Origin: Eledone cirrhosa
Lineage: Eukaryota
Direction of reading: 5' to 3'
Assembly: GCA_964016885.1 (NCBI GenBank)
Contig: OZ024765.1
Coordinates: 7,812,001 to 7,876,000 of the forward strand
Length of the DNA stretch: 64,000 bases
Shown: positions 35,163 to 48,544 of the stretch, in pieces
Numbering within the stretch: position 1 is the first letter of the stretch
Layout: each line of letters opens with the position of its first letter
Program-made: the position numbers and the translations under genes
The notes under the pieces: generated by a model
The model's input: the letters and a program-made list of their open reading frames with translations, nothing else
Databases searched by the model: none
Told to the model about the DNA's origin: nothing

Positions 35163-36698
35163 ATGGAGGATGTTAAACAGTTGGACATTTCTAACAGAAC
35201 TGTGTTTAACAATATAGATACAGTTACACAGACATACAGTGGTGAGAAACCTTTATCTAATAAAATGTTTACTGAACAAACATCGTTACACGGAAATATT
35301 CGTGAATATTGTTGTGTGATTTGTAAGAAAACTTTCTCTTCAGAAGATGAAGTCATCACACACAAAGAAACACACAAGAGTGAGAAACCTTACCACTGTG
35401 AAATATGTGGGAAATATTTTGCCAGTAAGAAATATTTAACGCAACACAAAAGAATACATACCGGAGAAGATCTATTTCCTTGTCAGATATGTGGAAAATG
35501 TTTTCTTTATAATTCAGATCTTGTTATCCACGAACGTATTCACACAGGTGAGAAGCCTTTCCACTGCGAAATATGTGGAAAATATTTTGCTAGTAACAGT
35601 TGTTTAAAATCTCATAAACGAACACACACTGCAGAGAAACCTTTCCACTGTGAAACATGTGGTAAATTTTTCAGGAAAAGTTCTCACCTCGTCGTCCATA
35701 AAACAACACACACTGGAGAGAAACCTTACCACTGTGAGATATGTGGTAAACCTTTTACCAGTAATGGTAATTTAAAAATACACATAAGAACACACACAGG
35801 AGAGAAACATTTCCTCTGTGTGATATGTGGAAAATCTTTTGCCAGGTGCAGTAATTTAACAAGACACAAAAGAACACACACTGGAGAGAAACACTTCCAA
35901 TGTGAAATATGTGGCAAATATTTTCTTCGTCGCAGTGATTTAACAACACATATAAGAACACACACTGGAGAGAAACCTTACCACTGTGGAATATGTGGTA
36001 AATCTTTTGTGTCTCACAGTAATTTATCAGTACACAACAGAATTCACACTGGTAACAACCTGTTTCAGTGTGAAATATGTGGGAAATATTGTGTTAGTAA
36101 TTCGAATCTTGTTGCACACAAGCGTATTCATACCGGAGAGAAACCGTTCCCCTGTGAAATATGTGGGAAATCACTTTCGAGTAGCAGTAGTTTAACACAA
36201 CACAAAAAGTCGCACAATGGAGAGAGACCATTTCATTGTGAAGTGTGTGAGAAATCTTTTGTTAGTAAATCACATCTCGTTGTACATAAGCGTATTCATA
36301 CTGGAGAGAAACCATTCCCCTGTGAAATATGTGGCAAATGTTTTTCTACTAACTGTTATTTAACACAACACAATAGAACACACATTGCAGAGAAACCATT
36401 CCATTGTGAAATATGTGGCAAATTATTTTCCACTAGCTGTAGTTTAAGACACCACAAAAGAACACACATTGCAGAAAAACCTTACCAGTGTGAAATATGT
36501 GGTAAATCTTTTTCTGTGAAAGGTAATTTAAGTACTCACAGAAGAACACACTCTGGTCAGAAACCCTTTCATTGTGAAATATGTGGGAAAACCTTTGCTT
36601 TCAAGTGTAACTTAGGTAAACACAGGAGAACACATGCATGTAAATCTAAATATATTGTCTACCAAGATGTACACACTGGAGGGAAGACTTTAAACTGA
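35163..36698 (+). CDS. Poly-C2H2 zinc finger protein, MEDV-leader family, 511 aa, 16 fingers
   Basis: Intact ORF. It is the only copy that keeps the C-terminal finger module in frame. Confidence 0.92.
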   Translation: MEDVKQLDISNRTVFNNIDTVTQTYSGEKPLSNKMFTEQTSLHGNIREYCCVICKKTFSSEDEVITHKETHKSEKPYHCEICGKYFASKKYLTQHKRIHTGEDLFPCQICGKCFLYNSDLVIHERIHTGEKPFHCEICGKYFASNSCLKSHKRTHTAEKPFHCETCGKFFRKSSHLVVHKTTHTGEKPYHCEICGKPFTSNGNLKIHIRTHTGEKHFLCVICGKSFARCSNLTRHKRTHTGEKHFQCEICGKYFLRRSDLTTHIRTHTGEKPYHCGICGKSFVSHSNLSVHNRIHTGNNLFQCEICGKYCVSNSNLVAHKRIHTGEKPFPCEICGKSLSSSSSLTQHKKSHNGERPFHCEVCEKSFVSKSHLVVHKRIHTGEKPFPCEICGKCFSTNCYLTQHNRTHIAEKPFHCEICGKLFSTSCSLRHHKRTHIAEKPYQCEICGKSFSVKGNLSTHRRTHSGQKPFHCEICGKTFAFKCNLGKHRRTHACKSKYIVYQDVHTGGKTLN

Positions 36699-38990
36699 AC
36701 CTTGAGAAATCTTTCTTGTATAAATCTAAATATATTGTCTACCAAGATATACACATTGGTAGGAAGACTTTAAATGTGAACCTTGAGAAATATTTCTTCT
36801 GTAAATTTAAATATATTGTCTACCAACATGTACACATTGGAAGGAAGACTTTAAACTGTGAACCTTGAGAAATATTTCTTCTGTAAATCTAAATATATTG
36901 TCTACCAACATGTGCAAATTGGAGAATATTTATTGTGAAATATGTTAGAAATCATTCTTTGTTAATTCTCATCTTGTAGTCTACAAATGGTCTCTCATTT
37001 GAGAGAAACCCTTACACTAAAATATTAGGGAAAGCTTTAATTGTGGTATATAAACTTCTTGATAAATGTATACACACTGGACAAATACATGTATATATCA
37101 TTGTGAAATATTTGGGGAATCATTCTGTGTGAAATAAGTCTACACTTGCAGTCCTCACCTAAATACAGACTGTGAGAAATAAAACTTCATCAATATGAAA
37201 TTTTGTGACAAAATAATTACTTTGCTATGTAAATTGAAATATAATTTTATAAAGTTATTAAAATTGTTTTATTGGAAATCTTGAAATTATATTTTTTGTA
37301 TCAAAATCTGTTCACAACTGAAAACACTTTGTAACAAAATATTGCTTAATAAATTTATCTTTCTTTCTGTAAATAGACTTTTCAGTGTTCCTAACAATTT
37401 TTCTGGCATGGATAAAACCAGCGACATTTTAATATATTTATTGTTTTAATAGACACCCTAATTTAGAGTAAACTTCATAATCTACATCTGTTTTATCAAC
37501 ACAATATGGAACCCCCCCCCCCCCCAACTAAACAAAGAGCTATCCCAGAACTGTTTAGTGTTGGTTGTTTCGTTGTGAAACATGAGAAATCCTTTGTTAG
37601 TAAATCACATCTCATTGTACACAACTAAAAACACTTTATAGCAAAATATTGTTTAATAAATTTACCTTTCTCTCACTAAATAAACTTTTCGGTGTTCTTA
37701 ACAATTTTTCTGACATGAATAAAACCAGCGACATATTTTAATAAAGGTCTTATTTTAATAGACACCCTACTTTAGAGTAAACTTCATAATCTACATCTGT
37801 TTTATCAACACCATATGTAAACCTCCATTGTCCCCCTACTAAACAAAGAGCTATCCCAGCACTGTTTAGTCTTGGTTGTCAGACTGTCTAGAATAAGAGT
37901 CCCTCTGATATCAAAACCTGGATAGATGAGGCTCCTTTGTCACTTAGGTGACAACCTTTCAAATAACCAACAACTTTATCTTGGTGATAAAGGGGGACAA
38001 CTGTGACTTGGTAGCCAGCTTCCGGGTAATGGTCAGGCGAGGATTAGGGACTCACCAACGTTACTTTTTTTAACCTGAGGAGAAACATGGACATTCAGCA
38101 ACATGTAGGTGAACATTGATGCAATTGTCCATAGACCCTGACCCTCAGCAGTGAGGGTGGGATCTCTTATCATCATCATGTAATAATATCACACAGGAAG
38201 TATTTTAAATACATTCAACGTAAACATTTCTTGGCAATTTAAAATGTTTTAAATTTCTGTCACACTTCGTTGATTTAAAAAAGTGAAATATTAGAATATT
38301 TGAGAATCTGAAAGTTATAAGAGTTACTTCTAGTTCTGATGGTGTCGTTGACTCCCTAACGTAAAGTAAGGCTAATACTTTAATCACAGAGAAAATCAAA
38401 GAAAGAAATTGATTAATTATCGATCTCATTACCTAATTGGTTATTGGCAATGTTCCAGATTCTGTTAAAAAGACAGTCCAACCATGACCATCAGGTATAT
38501 TTTGTATATCTAGACTAAAATAACCAATATCCAATGTGTACTTCATTTAATAAGATAATGGGGGTGAAATTTGAGGGATCATTTGACTTATTTCTAGCAG
38601 GTTCAGACACCTCTATAGCCATCCTACATGATACATATTAGTAGTTATTTTGATGGCTAATGTAAATTATTTTGTTATTTACCATGGGTTGGATACAATT
38701 CGAGGCGTTTCAGAATGTATCAAAATATCGCAGGATATTATTTTGATATGACACCGGTATCGTTTAGTACATTTTGAACGTAACCAGGCACATGTTAACT
38801 GGATTAAACCTAATTATAAAGGGTATGTTAACAGAGTCCCAGGATATCTAAGACAAGAAACTAAGCTATAATAGATTATAATTACATCTAATCTAATCTA
38901 ATTATATCGTGTAAACAGAGTCCCAGGATATCTAGGACAAGAAACTCTATTATAATATATTATAATCAGAAATAATTCTCGGAAATTACT

Positions 38991-39968
38991 ATGGAGGATG
39001 TTAAACACTTGGACATTTCTAACACAACTACGTTTAACAATATAGATACAGTTACACAGACTTACAGTGGTGAGAAACCTTTATCTAATAAAACGTTTGC
39101 TCAACAATCATCATTACATGGAAATATTCCTGAATATTGTTGTGAGATTTGTAAGAAAACTTTCTCTTCAGAAGATGAAGTCATCACACACAAAGAAACA
39201 CACAAGAGTGAGAAACCTTACCACTGTGATATATGTGGGAAATATTTTGCCAGTAAGAAATATTTAACACAACACAAAAGAACACACACTGGAGAGAAAC
39301 CTTACCACTGTGAAATATGTGGGAAATCTTTTGTTTTTAATTCAGTGCTGGTTATCCACAGACGTGCACACACTGGAGAGAAACCTTACCACTGTGAGAT
39401 ATGTGACAAATCTTTTGCCAATAAGAATTATTTCACGAATCACAAAAGAACGCACACTGAAAAGAAACCTTTCCACTGTGAAATATGTGGGAAATCTTTT
39501 GTTTTTCATTCACTACTTGTTATCCACAGACGTACACACACTGGAGAGAAACCTTACCAATGTGAGATATGTGGGAAATCTTTTGCTATTAAGAATTATT
39601 TCACGAAACACAAAAGAACACACACTGGAGAGAAACCTTTCCACTGTGAAATATGTGGGAAATCTTTTGTTTCTAATACAATGCTTGTTATCCACAGACG
39701 TACACACACTGGAGAGAAACCTTACCACTGTGAAATATGTGGGAAATCTTTTGTGCGTAATGATCATTTAAAAATACACATAAGGACACACACTGGAGAG
39801 AAACCTTACCACTGTGAGATATGTGGCAAATCTTTTGCCAGTAATGATAATTTAAAAATACACATAAGAACACACACTGGAGAGAAACATTACCACTGTG
39901 AGATATGTGGAAAATCTTTTGGTAGGAGTTCTTCTTTAACAAGACACAAAAGAACACACACTGGATAA
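38991..39968 (+). CDS. Poly-C2H2 zinc finger protein, 325 aa, 10 fingers
   Basis: Intact ORF ending HTG-stop. Confidence 0.88.
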   Translation: MEDVKHLDISNTTTFNNIDTVTQTYSGEKPLSNKTFAQQSSLHGNIPEYCCEICKKTFSSEDEVITHKETHKSEKPYHCDICGKYFASKKYLTQHKRTHTGEKPYHCEICGKSFVFNSVLVIHRRAHTGEKPYHCEICDKSFANKNYFTNHKRTHTEKKPFHCEICGKSFVFHSLLVIHRRTHTGEKPYQCEICGKSFAIKNYFTKHKRTHTGEKPFHCEICGKSFVSNTMLVIHRRTHTGEKPYHCEICGKSFVRNDHLKIHIRTHTGEKPYHCEICGKSFASNDNLKIHIRTHTGEKHYHCEICGKSFGRSSSLTRHKRTHTG

Positions 39969-40152
39969 ACCTTTCAGTGTTCTTTATTTTTCTGACATGA
40001 ATAAAAAAACCAGAGAGATATTTTAATAAATTTATTGTTTTAATAGACACCCTAATTGAGAGTAATCTTCATAATCTACACTATATGTAAACCTCAACCC
40101 CCCACCCCCAACTAAATAAAGAGCTATCCCAGTGCTTTTTAGTGTCGGTTGT

Positions 40153-40623
40153 TTCATTGTGAAACATGAGAAATCTTTTGTTAGTAAATCACATCCCGTT
40201 GTACACAGGCGTATTCATACAGGACAGAACCCATTCCCCTGTGAAATATGTGGCAAATGTTTTTCTACTAACTGTTATTTAACACAACACAATAGAACAC
40301 ACACTGCAGAGAAACCATTCCATTGTGAAATATGTGGCAAATTATTTTCCACTAGCTGTAGTTTAAGACACCACAAAAGAACACACATTGAAGAAAAACC
40401 TTACCATTGTGAAATATGTGGTATATCTTTTTCTGTGAAGGCTAATTTAAGTACTCACACAAGAACACACTCTGGTCAGAAACCCTTTCATTGTGAAATA
40501 TGTGGGAAAACCTTTGCTTTCAAGTGTAACTTAGGTAAATACAGAACACATGTATGTAAATCTAAATATATTGTCTACCATCATGTACACACTGGAGGGA
40601 AGACTTTAAACTGTGAACCTTGA
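40153..40623 (+). pseudogene. Displaced C-terminal ZNF module, fingers 12-16 of the 35163 type
   Basis: EKSFVSKSH...STNCYL...STSCSL...AFKCNL with no leader or in-frame ATG. Confidence 0.8.
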
Positions 40624-41084
40624 GAAATATTTCTTGTGTAAATCTAAATATATTGTCTACCAACATGTACACATTGGAGAATATTTATAGTGAAATATGT
40701 TAGAAATCATTCTCTGTTAATTCTCATCTGAGAGAAACCCTTTCACTAAAATATTAGGGAATTCCTTATTTGTGGTATATAAACTTCTTGATAAATGTAT
40801 ATATCATTGTGAAATATATGGGGAATCATTCTGTGTGAAATAAGTCTACACTTGCAGTCCTCACCTAAATACAGACTTGTGAGAAATATAACTACATCAA
40901 TATGAAATTTGTGACAAAATAATCACTTATTTATGTAAATTGAAATACAATTTTATGAAGATATCAAAATTGTTTTATTGGAAATCTTGAAATTGTAAAT
41001 TTTATTCACAGTTGTATATATAACATTACAAATTGTCCACAATTCTTTCAGAATGAAATTATATATTTGTGTTAAGATAATATT

Positions 41085-42055
41085 ACAAATTGCTCACGAC
41101 TCATTCAGCAAGATATATTCTTTTAATGTTACAATATGAAAGAAAATTAAAGGAAGGAGTTTAACAACTGAGCCACCACCAGAGCAAAAGACAGCAGCGA
41201 GGAGTACCGGGCAACCCCTCTAATGAATTTTGAGGCAAGCTTGCACACTTGCAGTAATGGCGAGGCTAATACGCTGGAACAGCCAAGCGCCCTTGCAAGA
41301 TTTTCCAGTGAAGAGAGGAACCCAGCAGTCAGTGGCCCGACTCCCCCCAAATGTCTCGAAAGCCACAGGCTGAAAAGTGTAGATGGCCGACAGATCAGCC
41401 TATTTGAGGGTCTTACTCCGCTCGTCTGTGGAAGCTGTGGCTCTCGTCCTAACCGCAGCATCCAGGATGTGGGAAAGAGCAAAACAGTCACAAACAGTGA
41501 CGTCCCAGGGTAAGGCCCTCAGGTCTTTTGCCATCACTTCTGGACAACTCAGATGGATCGAAGACTGAGGGGATGTTCGCCCAGGCCAAAGCTCTCTTGA
41601 GAATGAGGTTTAGCTCCGTGTGACCCGCATTCAGGCGGCAAGAGAGACCGCGGAGGCCTGTGGAGTTGAGGAGTTTGCCGCACCGGCACCTGAAACCCAT
41701 GCAGACGTCAGCTCCACTCTGAGAGCGATGGAGATACGAAGTTCGCCCAGGCTGAGTAGGCCACGGGTAGGGCATCAACCCAGTCGCCTGAGTATTTGGC
41801 GCTGGCAGATAGTAAGCAGCACCTTGGAAACTGATCTGACTGGACGAAGAGGGCCTTCGAACTTATGCTGACCCAAGTTCTCAGACTTCAACTATCCTCC
41901 ACCTTCTCAGGAAGAGACAAGCCCAACTCACTCCATTGCTGGAGAGCTTCACCCAACTCCTTGTTGGAACTAGTCCATGTTGGAGAGGAGAGGATGCTGC
42001 TCACCAGGGTGGTGCAAGTGTGGGTGGAGTAAAGAAAGCAGGGGAGATAGAGGGA
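41085..42055 (-). mobile_element. CRE-like retrotransposon fragment, paralogous to 32365-33290
   Basis: ADVCMGFRCRCGKLL...LNLILKRAL...DGKRPEGLTL, in the same position relative to the ZNF 3' flank. Confidence 0.75.
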
Positions 42056-42339
42056 CGATATATTTTGTTTCAAAATCTGTTCACAATTGATAACACTTTA
42101 TAACAAAATATTGTTTAATAAATTTATCTTTCTCTCTGTAAATAAACTTTTCTGACCTGAATAAAACCAGCGACATGTAGACACTGGAGGGAATACTTTA
42201 AACTGTGGACCTTGAGAAATATTTCTCGTGTAAATCTAAATATATTGTCTACCAAGATGTACACATTGGAGGGAAGACTTTAAATTGTGGACCTTGAGAA
42301 ATCTTATATAAATCTAAATATATTGTCTACCAACATGTA

Positions 42340-42541
42340 CACACTGCAGAGAAACCTTACCACTGTGAAATATGTGGTAAATCTTTTGTGTCTCAGTAAT
42401 ATATCAGTACACAACAGAATTCACACTGGTAACAACCTGTTTCAGTGTGAAATATATGGGAAATCTTGTGTTAGTAATTCGAATCTTATTGCACACCAGC
42501 GTATTCATACCGGAGAGAACCCGTTCTCCTGTGAAATATCT
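42340..42541 (+). pseudogene. Frameshifted internal ZNF fragment, fingers 9-11 of the 35163 type
   Basis: [20 protein letters not shown]...[12 protein letters not shown] near-identical copy lies at ~47175-47376. Confidence 0.8.
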
Positions 42542-43553
42542 TGGTGATAAAGGGGGACAACTGTGACTTGGTAGCCAGCTTCCGGGTAATGGTCAGGCGA
42601 GGTTTAGGGACTCACCAACGTTACTTTTTTTAACCTGAGGAGAAACATGGACATTCAGCAACATGTAGGTGAACATTGATGCAATTGTCCATAGTCCCTG
42701 ACCCTCAGCAGTGAGGTTGGTATCTCTCATCATCATCATCATCATGTAAGATATCACACAGGAAGTATTTAAAATACATTCAACGTAAACATTTCTTGGT
42801 AATTTAAAATGTTTAAAATTTCTGTCACACTTCGTCGAATTAAAAAAGTGAAATATTAGAATATTTGAGAATCTGAAAGTTATAAGAGTTACTTCTAGTT
42901 CTGATGTTGTCGTTGACTCCCTAACGTAAAGTAAGGCTAATACTTTAATCACAGAGAAAATCAAAGAAAGGAATTGATTAATTATCGATCTCATTACCTA
43001 ATTGGATATTGCCAATGTTCCAGATTCTGTTAAAAAGACATTCCAACCATGACGATCAGGTATATTTTGTATATCTAGACTATATCTAATGTGTACTTCA
43101 TTTAATAAGATGATGGGGGTGAAATTTGACTGTTATTTCTAGCACATTTAGACCCCTCTATAGCCATCCTACATGATACATATTAGTAGTTATTTTCATA
43201 GCTAACGTAAATTATTTTGTTATTTACCATGGGTTGGATACAATTCGAGGTGTTTCTGAATGTATCAAAGTATCGCAAGATATTATTTTGATATGACACC
43301 GGTATCGTTCAGTAGAGGGAAATATTTTCAACGTAACCAGGCACATGTTATCTTTTACAATTAGGTTTAATCCAGTTATGTTAACAGAGTCCCAGGTTAT
43401 CTAAGACAAGACGCTAAACTATTACATCTAATCTAATTATATCGTGTAAACAGAGTCCCAGGATATCTAGGACAAGAAACTGTATTATAATATATTATAA
43501 TTACATCTAATCTAATTATATCGTGTAAGCATCGTACCATCTCGGAAATTACT

Positions 43554-44438
43554 ATGGAGGATGTTAAACACTTGGACATTTCTAACACAACTTTGTTTAA
43601 CAATATAGATACAGTAACACAGACTTACAGTGGTGAGAAACCTTTCTCTAATGAAACCTTTACTGAACATACATCGTTACACGGAAATATTCCTGAATAT
43701 TGTTGTGAGATTTGTAAGAAAACTTTCTCTTCAGAAGATGAAGTCATCACACACAAAGAAACACACAAGAGAGAGAAACCTTACCACTGTGAAATATGTG
43801 GGAAATCTTTTGCCAGTAAGAAATATTTAACACAACACAAAAGAACACACACTGGAGATCTATTGCCTTGTCTAATATGTGGGAAATCTTTTGTTTCTAA
43901 TTCAGCACTTATTAGCCACAGACGTACACACACTGGAGAGAAACCTTTCCCCTGTGAAATATGTGGTAAATCTTTTGCCAGATATGGTAATTTAAAAATA
44001 CACATAAAGACACACACTGGAGAGAAACCTTTCCACTGTGAAATATGTGGCAAATCTTTTGTTTTTAATTCAGCACTTGTTATCCACAGACGTACACACA
44101 CTGGAGAGAAACCTTACCACTGTAAGATTTGTGGGAAATCTTTTGTTGTTAATTCAGCACTTGTTATCCACAAACGTAGTCACACTGGAGAAATATTCTG
44201 TGAAATATGTGGAAAATCTTTTGCCAGTAATGGTAATTTAAAAATACACATAAGAACACACACTGGAGAGGAACCTTACCACTGTGAGATATGTGGCAAA
44301 TCTTTTGGCCGTAATGATAATTTAAAAATACACATAAGAACACACACTGGAGAGGAACCTTACCACTGTGAGATATGTGGCAAATCTTTTGGTAGGAGTT
44401 CTTATTTAACAAGACACAAAAGAACACACACTGGATAA
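43554..44438 (+). CDS. Poly-C2H2 zinc finger protein, 294 aa, 9 fingers
   Basis: Intact ORF ending HTG-stop. Confidence 0.88.
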   Translation: MEDVKHLDISNTTLFNNIDTVTQTYSGEKPFSNETFTEHTSLHGNIPEYCCEICKKTFSSEDEVITHKETHKREKPYHCEICGKSFASKKYLTQHKRTHTGDLLPCLICGKSFVSNSALISHRRTHTGEKPFPCEICGKSFARYGNLKIHIKTHTGEKPFHCEICGKSFVFNSALVIHRRTHTGEKPYHCKICGKSFVVNSALVIHKRSHTGEIFCEICGKSFASNGNLKIHIRTHTGEEPYHCEICGKSFGRNDNLKIHIRTHTGEEPYHCEICGKSFGRSSYLTRHKRTHTG

Positions 44439-44516
44439 ACCTTTCCGTGTTCTTAACAATTTTTCTGACATGAATAAAAAACCAGTGAGATATTTTAATA
44501 AATGTATTGTTTTAAT

Positions 44517-44861
44517 CATTTCATCATCATCATTTCATTTTACGTCCGCTTTTCCCTGCTTGCACGGGTGGGACGGGAACTGATTCTGGCTTGATTTCTA
44601 CAGCTGGATGCCCTTCCTAACACCAACCTCATTTACAGTGAGTGCTGGGTGCTTTTTTGCCGTGGCACCTCCACGACCACTTTGCAGTGGAATGATAGGG
44701 ACCCCTGTCCCTATCATCTCATTTTTACAGCTGAGTAAACTGGAGCAATGTGAAATAAAGTGTCTTGCTCAAGGAAACAACACATCACCCGGTCTGAGAA
44801 TTGAACTCACAACCTTTCGATTGCAAGGCCAATGCTCTAACCACTAAGCCATGTGCCTCCA
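44517..44861 (-). mobile_element. tRNA-derived SINE, family 2
   Basis: Near-identical to the 13.2-kb copies and absent at the paralogous site near 53325. Confidence 0.85.
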
Positions 44862-44894
44862 TGATGCCTTAATAGACACCCTAATTGAGAGTAA

Positions 44895-45192
44895 TATTTT
44901 AATTATATATTAGTGTACAGATATTTTTGCATACACAAAAACAAGATATAGAGATTTCCAAATGATGCATTATAATATTCTTACTTTTAGAAACAATATA
45001 TCTCGCTGCTTTTACCTTCTTACATTGCCTTACACGACTTTCTCTTTAATATCGCTTTGTTCTTCAATAGGAACAAAATGAAAATACATATGACAAAAAC
45101 CGAAGCAATAGCTTCTATGTTGGCAATAACTCATGATACAAACATGCCAATCTATGTTTAGAATCCCGAGCAACGCCGGGCCATTCTGCTAG
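44895..45192 (+). mobile_element. Helitron-like element, family C, internally deleted
   Basis: Ends cccgagcaacgccgggccattctgctag. A longer copy lies at 53350-53798. Confidence 0.65.
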
Positions 45193-45193
45193 T

Positions 45194-46757
45194 CCGGTGA
45201 TCCCAAGCTCTGGACGCATATTTTGCTGCAAATGGAATTAAAACAGAGCAGAAACTCAATGTTTTGGTTACTGGCATACCTTCATCGTTCACCACCACGG
45301 TGAAAGATTTAATAACGGACCTGCCAACCGGTACTTCGTATGATTCGTTGAGGACAGCAATATTAAGGAGAAACTGCCGTTTTGCTCAGAGCAGGTCGCC
45401 ATCCGAATTTTTACGCCACATTCGGTACCTCAGTGAATCGCCCGATGAGGATAGTTTATTTATCAAAAAGCTATTTTTCTCGCTTGCCAAACAATATCCA
45501 GATTATATTGGCTACCATAGTGGACTCGAGCTCGGTGGAGCAGATCGCTGCATCTGCCGATCGAATTGTGGAATTCTCTAGGAAAACTACCTCATCAAAC
45601 TCACTTGTTGCCTCTTCGACACACGAGGATGCCATGTGGAAGGCGATTGACGCGTCAAGTCGCGAAATTATGTAGGGAGAGTAGGCCATCTCCCAGGCGA
45701 CCAAGAAGTCGTTCGCGTTCCTTCGCAACTTCACGCCGTAACGCCAGCTTGCCCGCCAGCAATTCGTCTTTTTTGCTGGTATCATGCCACCTTCGCTGGT
45801 AAAGCAAAACACTGTCGGCCACCGTGTAACTATTCAACTTCGTGAAACGCAAACCAGAGTCACTGACGGGGGCAGCTGATCTCTGTGCTACACACCCAAA
45901 CCACCACTTCTTTATTGAGGACCTACTGTACGGAAGATCTTTCTTCGTAGATACGGGAGCCTCCTGCAGCATTTGGCCGGTGAACTGTGTTAAAGAAACT
46001 CCTCCTGAGTCATCAATGAATCTACAAGCTGTCAATCATTCCACCGATACGGACTTTTGGACAAATCTCTCTTCGACGAGAATTCAAATGGATTTTTACG
46101 GTTGCTGACCTACCATATCTGATCTTGGGAGCGGATATTTTACACCATTTTGCATTGACGGTGGACGTCTGTGGCCGGCGCCTAGTAGATGGCATTACTG
46201 GTTTTTCTCTTCGTGGCCAGAAAGCTAATTTTCCAACGGTTAGCCCAACCTTCTTCATCGCTAATGCTGGGAATGCCTATCTTGCATTGTTGAATTCTTT
46301 CCCACAACTTACTCAGGGAAATTTTCGAGTTGTCGAACTGACTCACTCAACCGTACATTTCATCTCCCCTATTGGTGCTCCAGTGTTTTCCCGTCCTCGC
46401 CGCTTGCCTGCGGACAAATTGAAGGCAGCACGGTCCGAGTTCGATCAGATGCTACAGCTAGGCATAATTCGCCCGTCTACGAGCCCTTGGTCGTCTCCAT
46501 TACACATGGTACCCAAGACTTCTGGCAACTGGCGACCCACTGGGGATTATAGGAAGTTAAATGCTATAACTGTCTCCAATAGATATCCTATTCCACACCT
46601 GCAAGATTTTGCATCGTCGTTGCAGGGATGTAAAGTTTTCTCAAAGCTCGATTTGGTGCGAGCTTATCATCAGATTCCTGTCAAGAAAGAAGATATTCCA
46701 AAAACGGCCATTACGACTCCATTTGGATCATTCGAATTTCTTACCATGCCTTTTGGA
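45194..46757 (+). mobile_element. Ty3/Gypsy LTR retrotransposon internal fragment (gag, protease, RT N-half), decayed
   Basis: Gag-like LPNNIQIILAT, protease FFVDTGASCSI, and [20 protein letters not shown]...DYRKLN...YPIPHLQDF...[19 protein letters not shown]. Truncated before the YxDD motif; no flanking LTRs. Confidence 0.9.
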
Positions 46758-48359
46758 CGAAAAGGGCCTTCGAACTTATGCTGTCCCAAGTTCTCTGACT
46801 TCACCTATCTGCCACCTTCTCAGGAAGAGACAACCCCAACTCACTCCATTGCTGGAGAGCTTCACCCTACTCCCTGATGGAACTAGTCCATGTTGAAGAG
46901 GAGAGGATGCTGCTCACCAGGATGGTGCAAGTGTGGGTGGAGGAAAGGAAGAAAGGGAGAGAGAGGGACGATATTTTTTGTTTCAAAATCTGTTCACAAA
47001 ATATTGTTTAATAAATTTATCTTTCTCTCTGTAAATAAAATTTTCAGTGTTCTTAACAAATTTTCTGACCTGAATAAAACCAGCGACATGTAGACACTGG
47101 AGAAAAGACTTTAAACTGTGAACCTTGAGAAATATTTTTCGTGTAAATCTAAATATATTTTCTACCAAGATGTACACACTGCAGAGAAACCTTACCACTA
47201 TGAAATATGTGGTAAATCTTTTGTGTCTCAGTAATATATCAGTACACAACAGAATTCACACTGGTAACAACCTGTTTCAGTGTGAAATATGTGGGAAATC
47301 TTGTGTTAGTAATTCGAATCTTATTGCACACCAGCGTATTCATACCGGAGAGAACCCGTTCTCCTGTGAAATATCTTGGTGATAAAGGGGGACAACTGTG
47401 ACTTGGTAGCCAGCTTCCGGGTAATGGTCAGGCGAGGTTTAGGGACTCACCAACGTTACTTTTTTTAACCTGAGGAGAAACATGGACATTCAGCAACATG
47501 TAGGTGAACATTGATGCAATTGTCCATAGTCCCTGACCCTCAGCAGTGAGTGTGGGATCTCTCATCATCATCACCCAGGAAGTACTTATAATATATTTAA
47601 CGTAAAGTAATGATAATACTTTAAATTTAAAATTAATCACAGAGAAAAACAAAGAAAGAAATTGATTAATTATCGATATCATTACCTAATTGGTTATTGC
47701 CAATGTTCCAGATTCTGTTATAAAGAGATTCCATCAGGTATATTTTGTATATCTAGACTAATATAACCAATATCCAATGTGTACTTCATTTAATAAGATG
47801 AGGGGGGTGAAATTTGAAGAGTCATTTGACTGTTATTTCTAGCACGTTTAGACCCTTGTATAGCCATCCTACATGATACATATTAGTAGTTATTTTCATA
47901 GCTAACGTAAATTATTTTGTTATTTACTATGGGTTGGATACAATTCGAGATGTTTCTGAATGTATCAAAATATCGCAGGATATTATTTTGATATGACACC
48001 GGTATCGTTCAGTCGAGGGAAATATTTTCTTTTATAATTAGGTTTAATCCAGTTATGTTAACAGAGTCCCAGGATATCTAAACAAGAAACTGAACTATAA
48101 TATATTATAATTACATCTAATATAATTATATCGTATAAAAAGCGTACCAGAATATCTAGGACAAGAAACTGTATTATAATATATTATAATTACATCCAAT
48201 CTAATTATATCGTGTAAAAAGAGTACCAGAATATCTAGGACAAGAAACTGTATTATAATATATTATAATTACATCCAATCTAATTATATCGTGTAAACAG
48301 AGTCCCAGGATATCTAAGACAAGAGTCTGTATTATAATATATTATAATCAGAAATAATT

Positions 48360-48544
48360 GTTTCTACTTTAGGCACAAGGCCAGCAATTACCCAGTGCAT
48401 TACTGGTACTTTATTTTATCAACCCCGTAAGGATGAAAGGCAAAGTCAACCTCGGCGGGATTTGAACTCAGATCGTAAAGGGACGTAACTATGCTGGAAA
48501 GCATGGCGTCCGACCCTCTACCGATACTGCCAATCCACCGCCCT
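48360..48544 (-). mobile_element. Full-length tRNA-derived SINE, family 1, with 15-bp target-site duplication
   Basis: taatcagaaataatt at 48345-48359 and 48545-48559; A box tggcagtatcgg and B box gttcaaatcc on the minus strand. Confidence 0.92.

Noticed and set aside
38205-38429. Recurrent minus-strand ORF MRSIINQFLSLIFSV in the upstream block
   Set aside because: Its length and stop vary among copies and it is partly deleted in two units; there is no recognisable domain.
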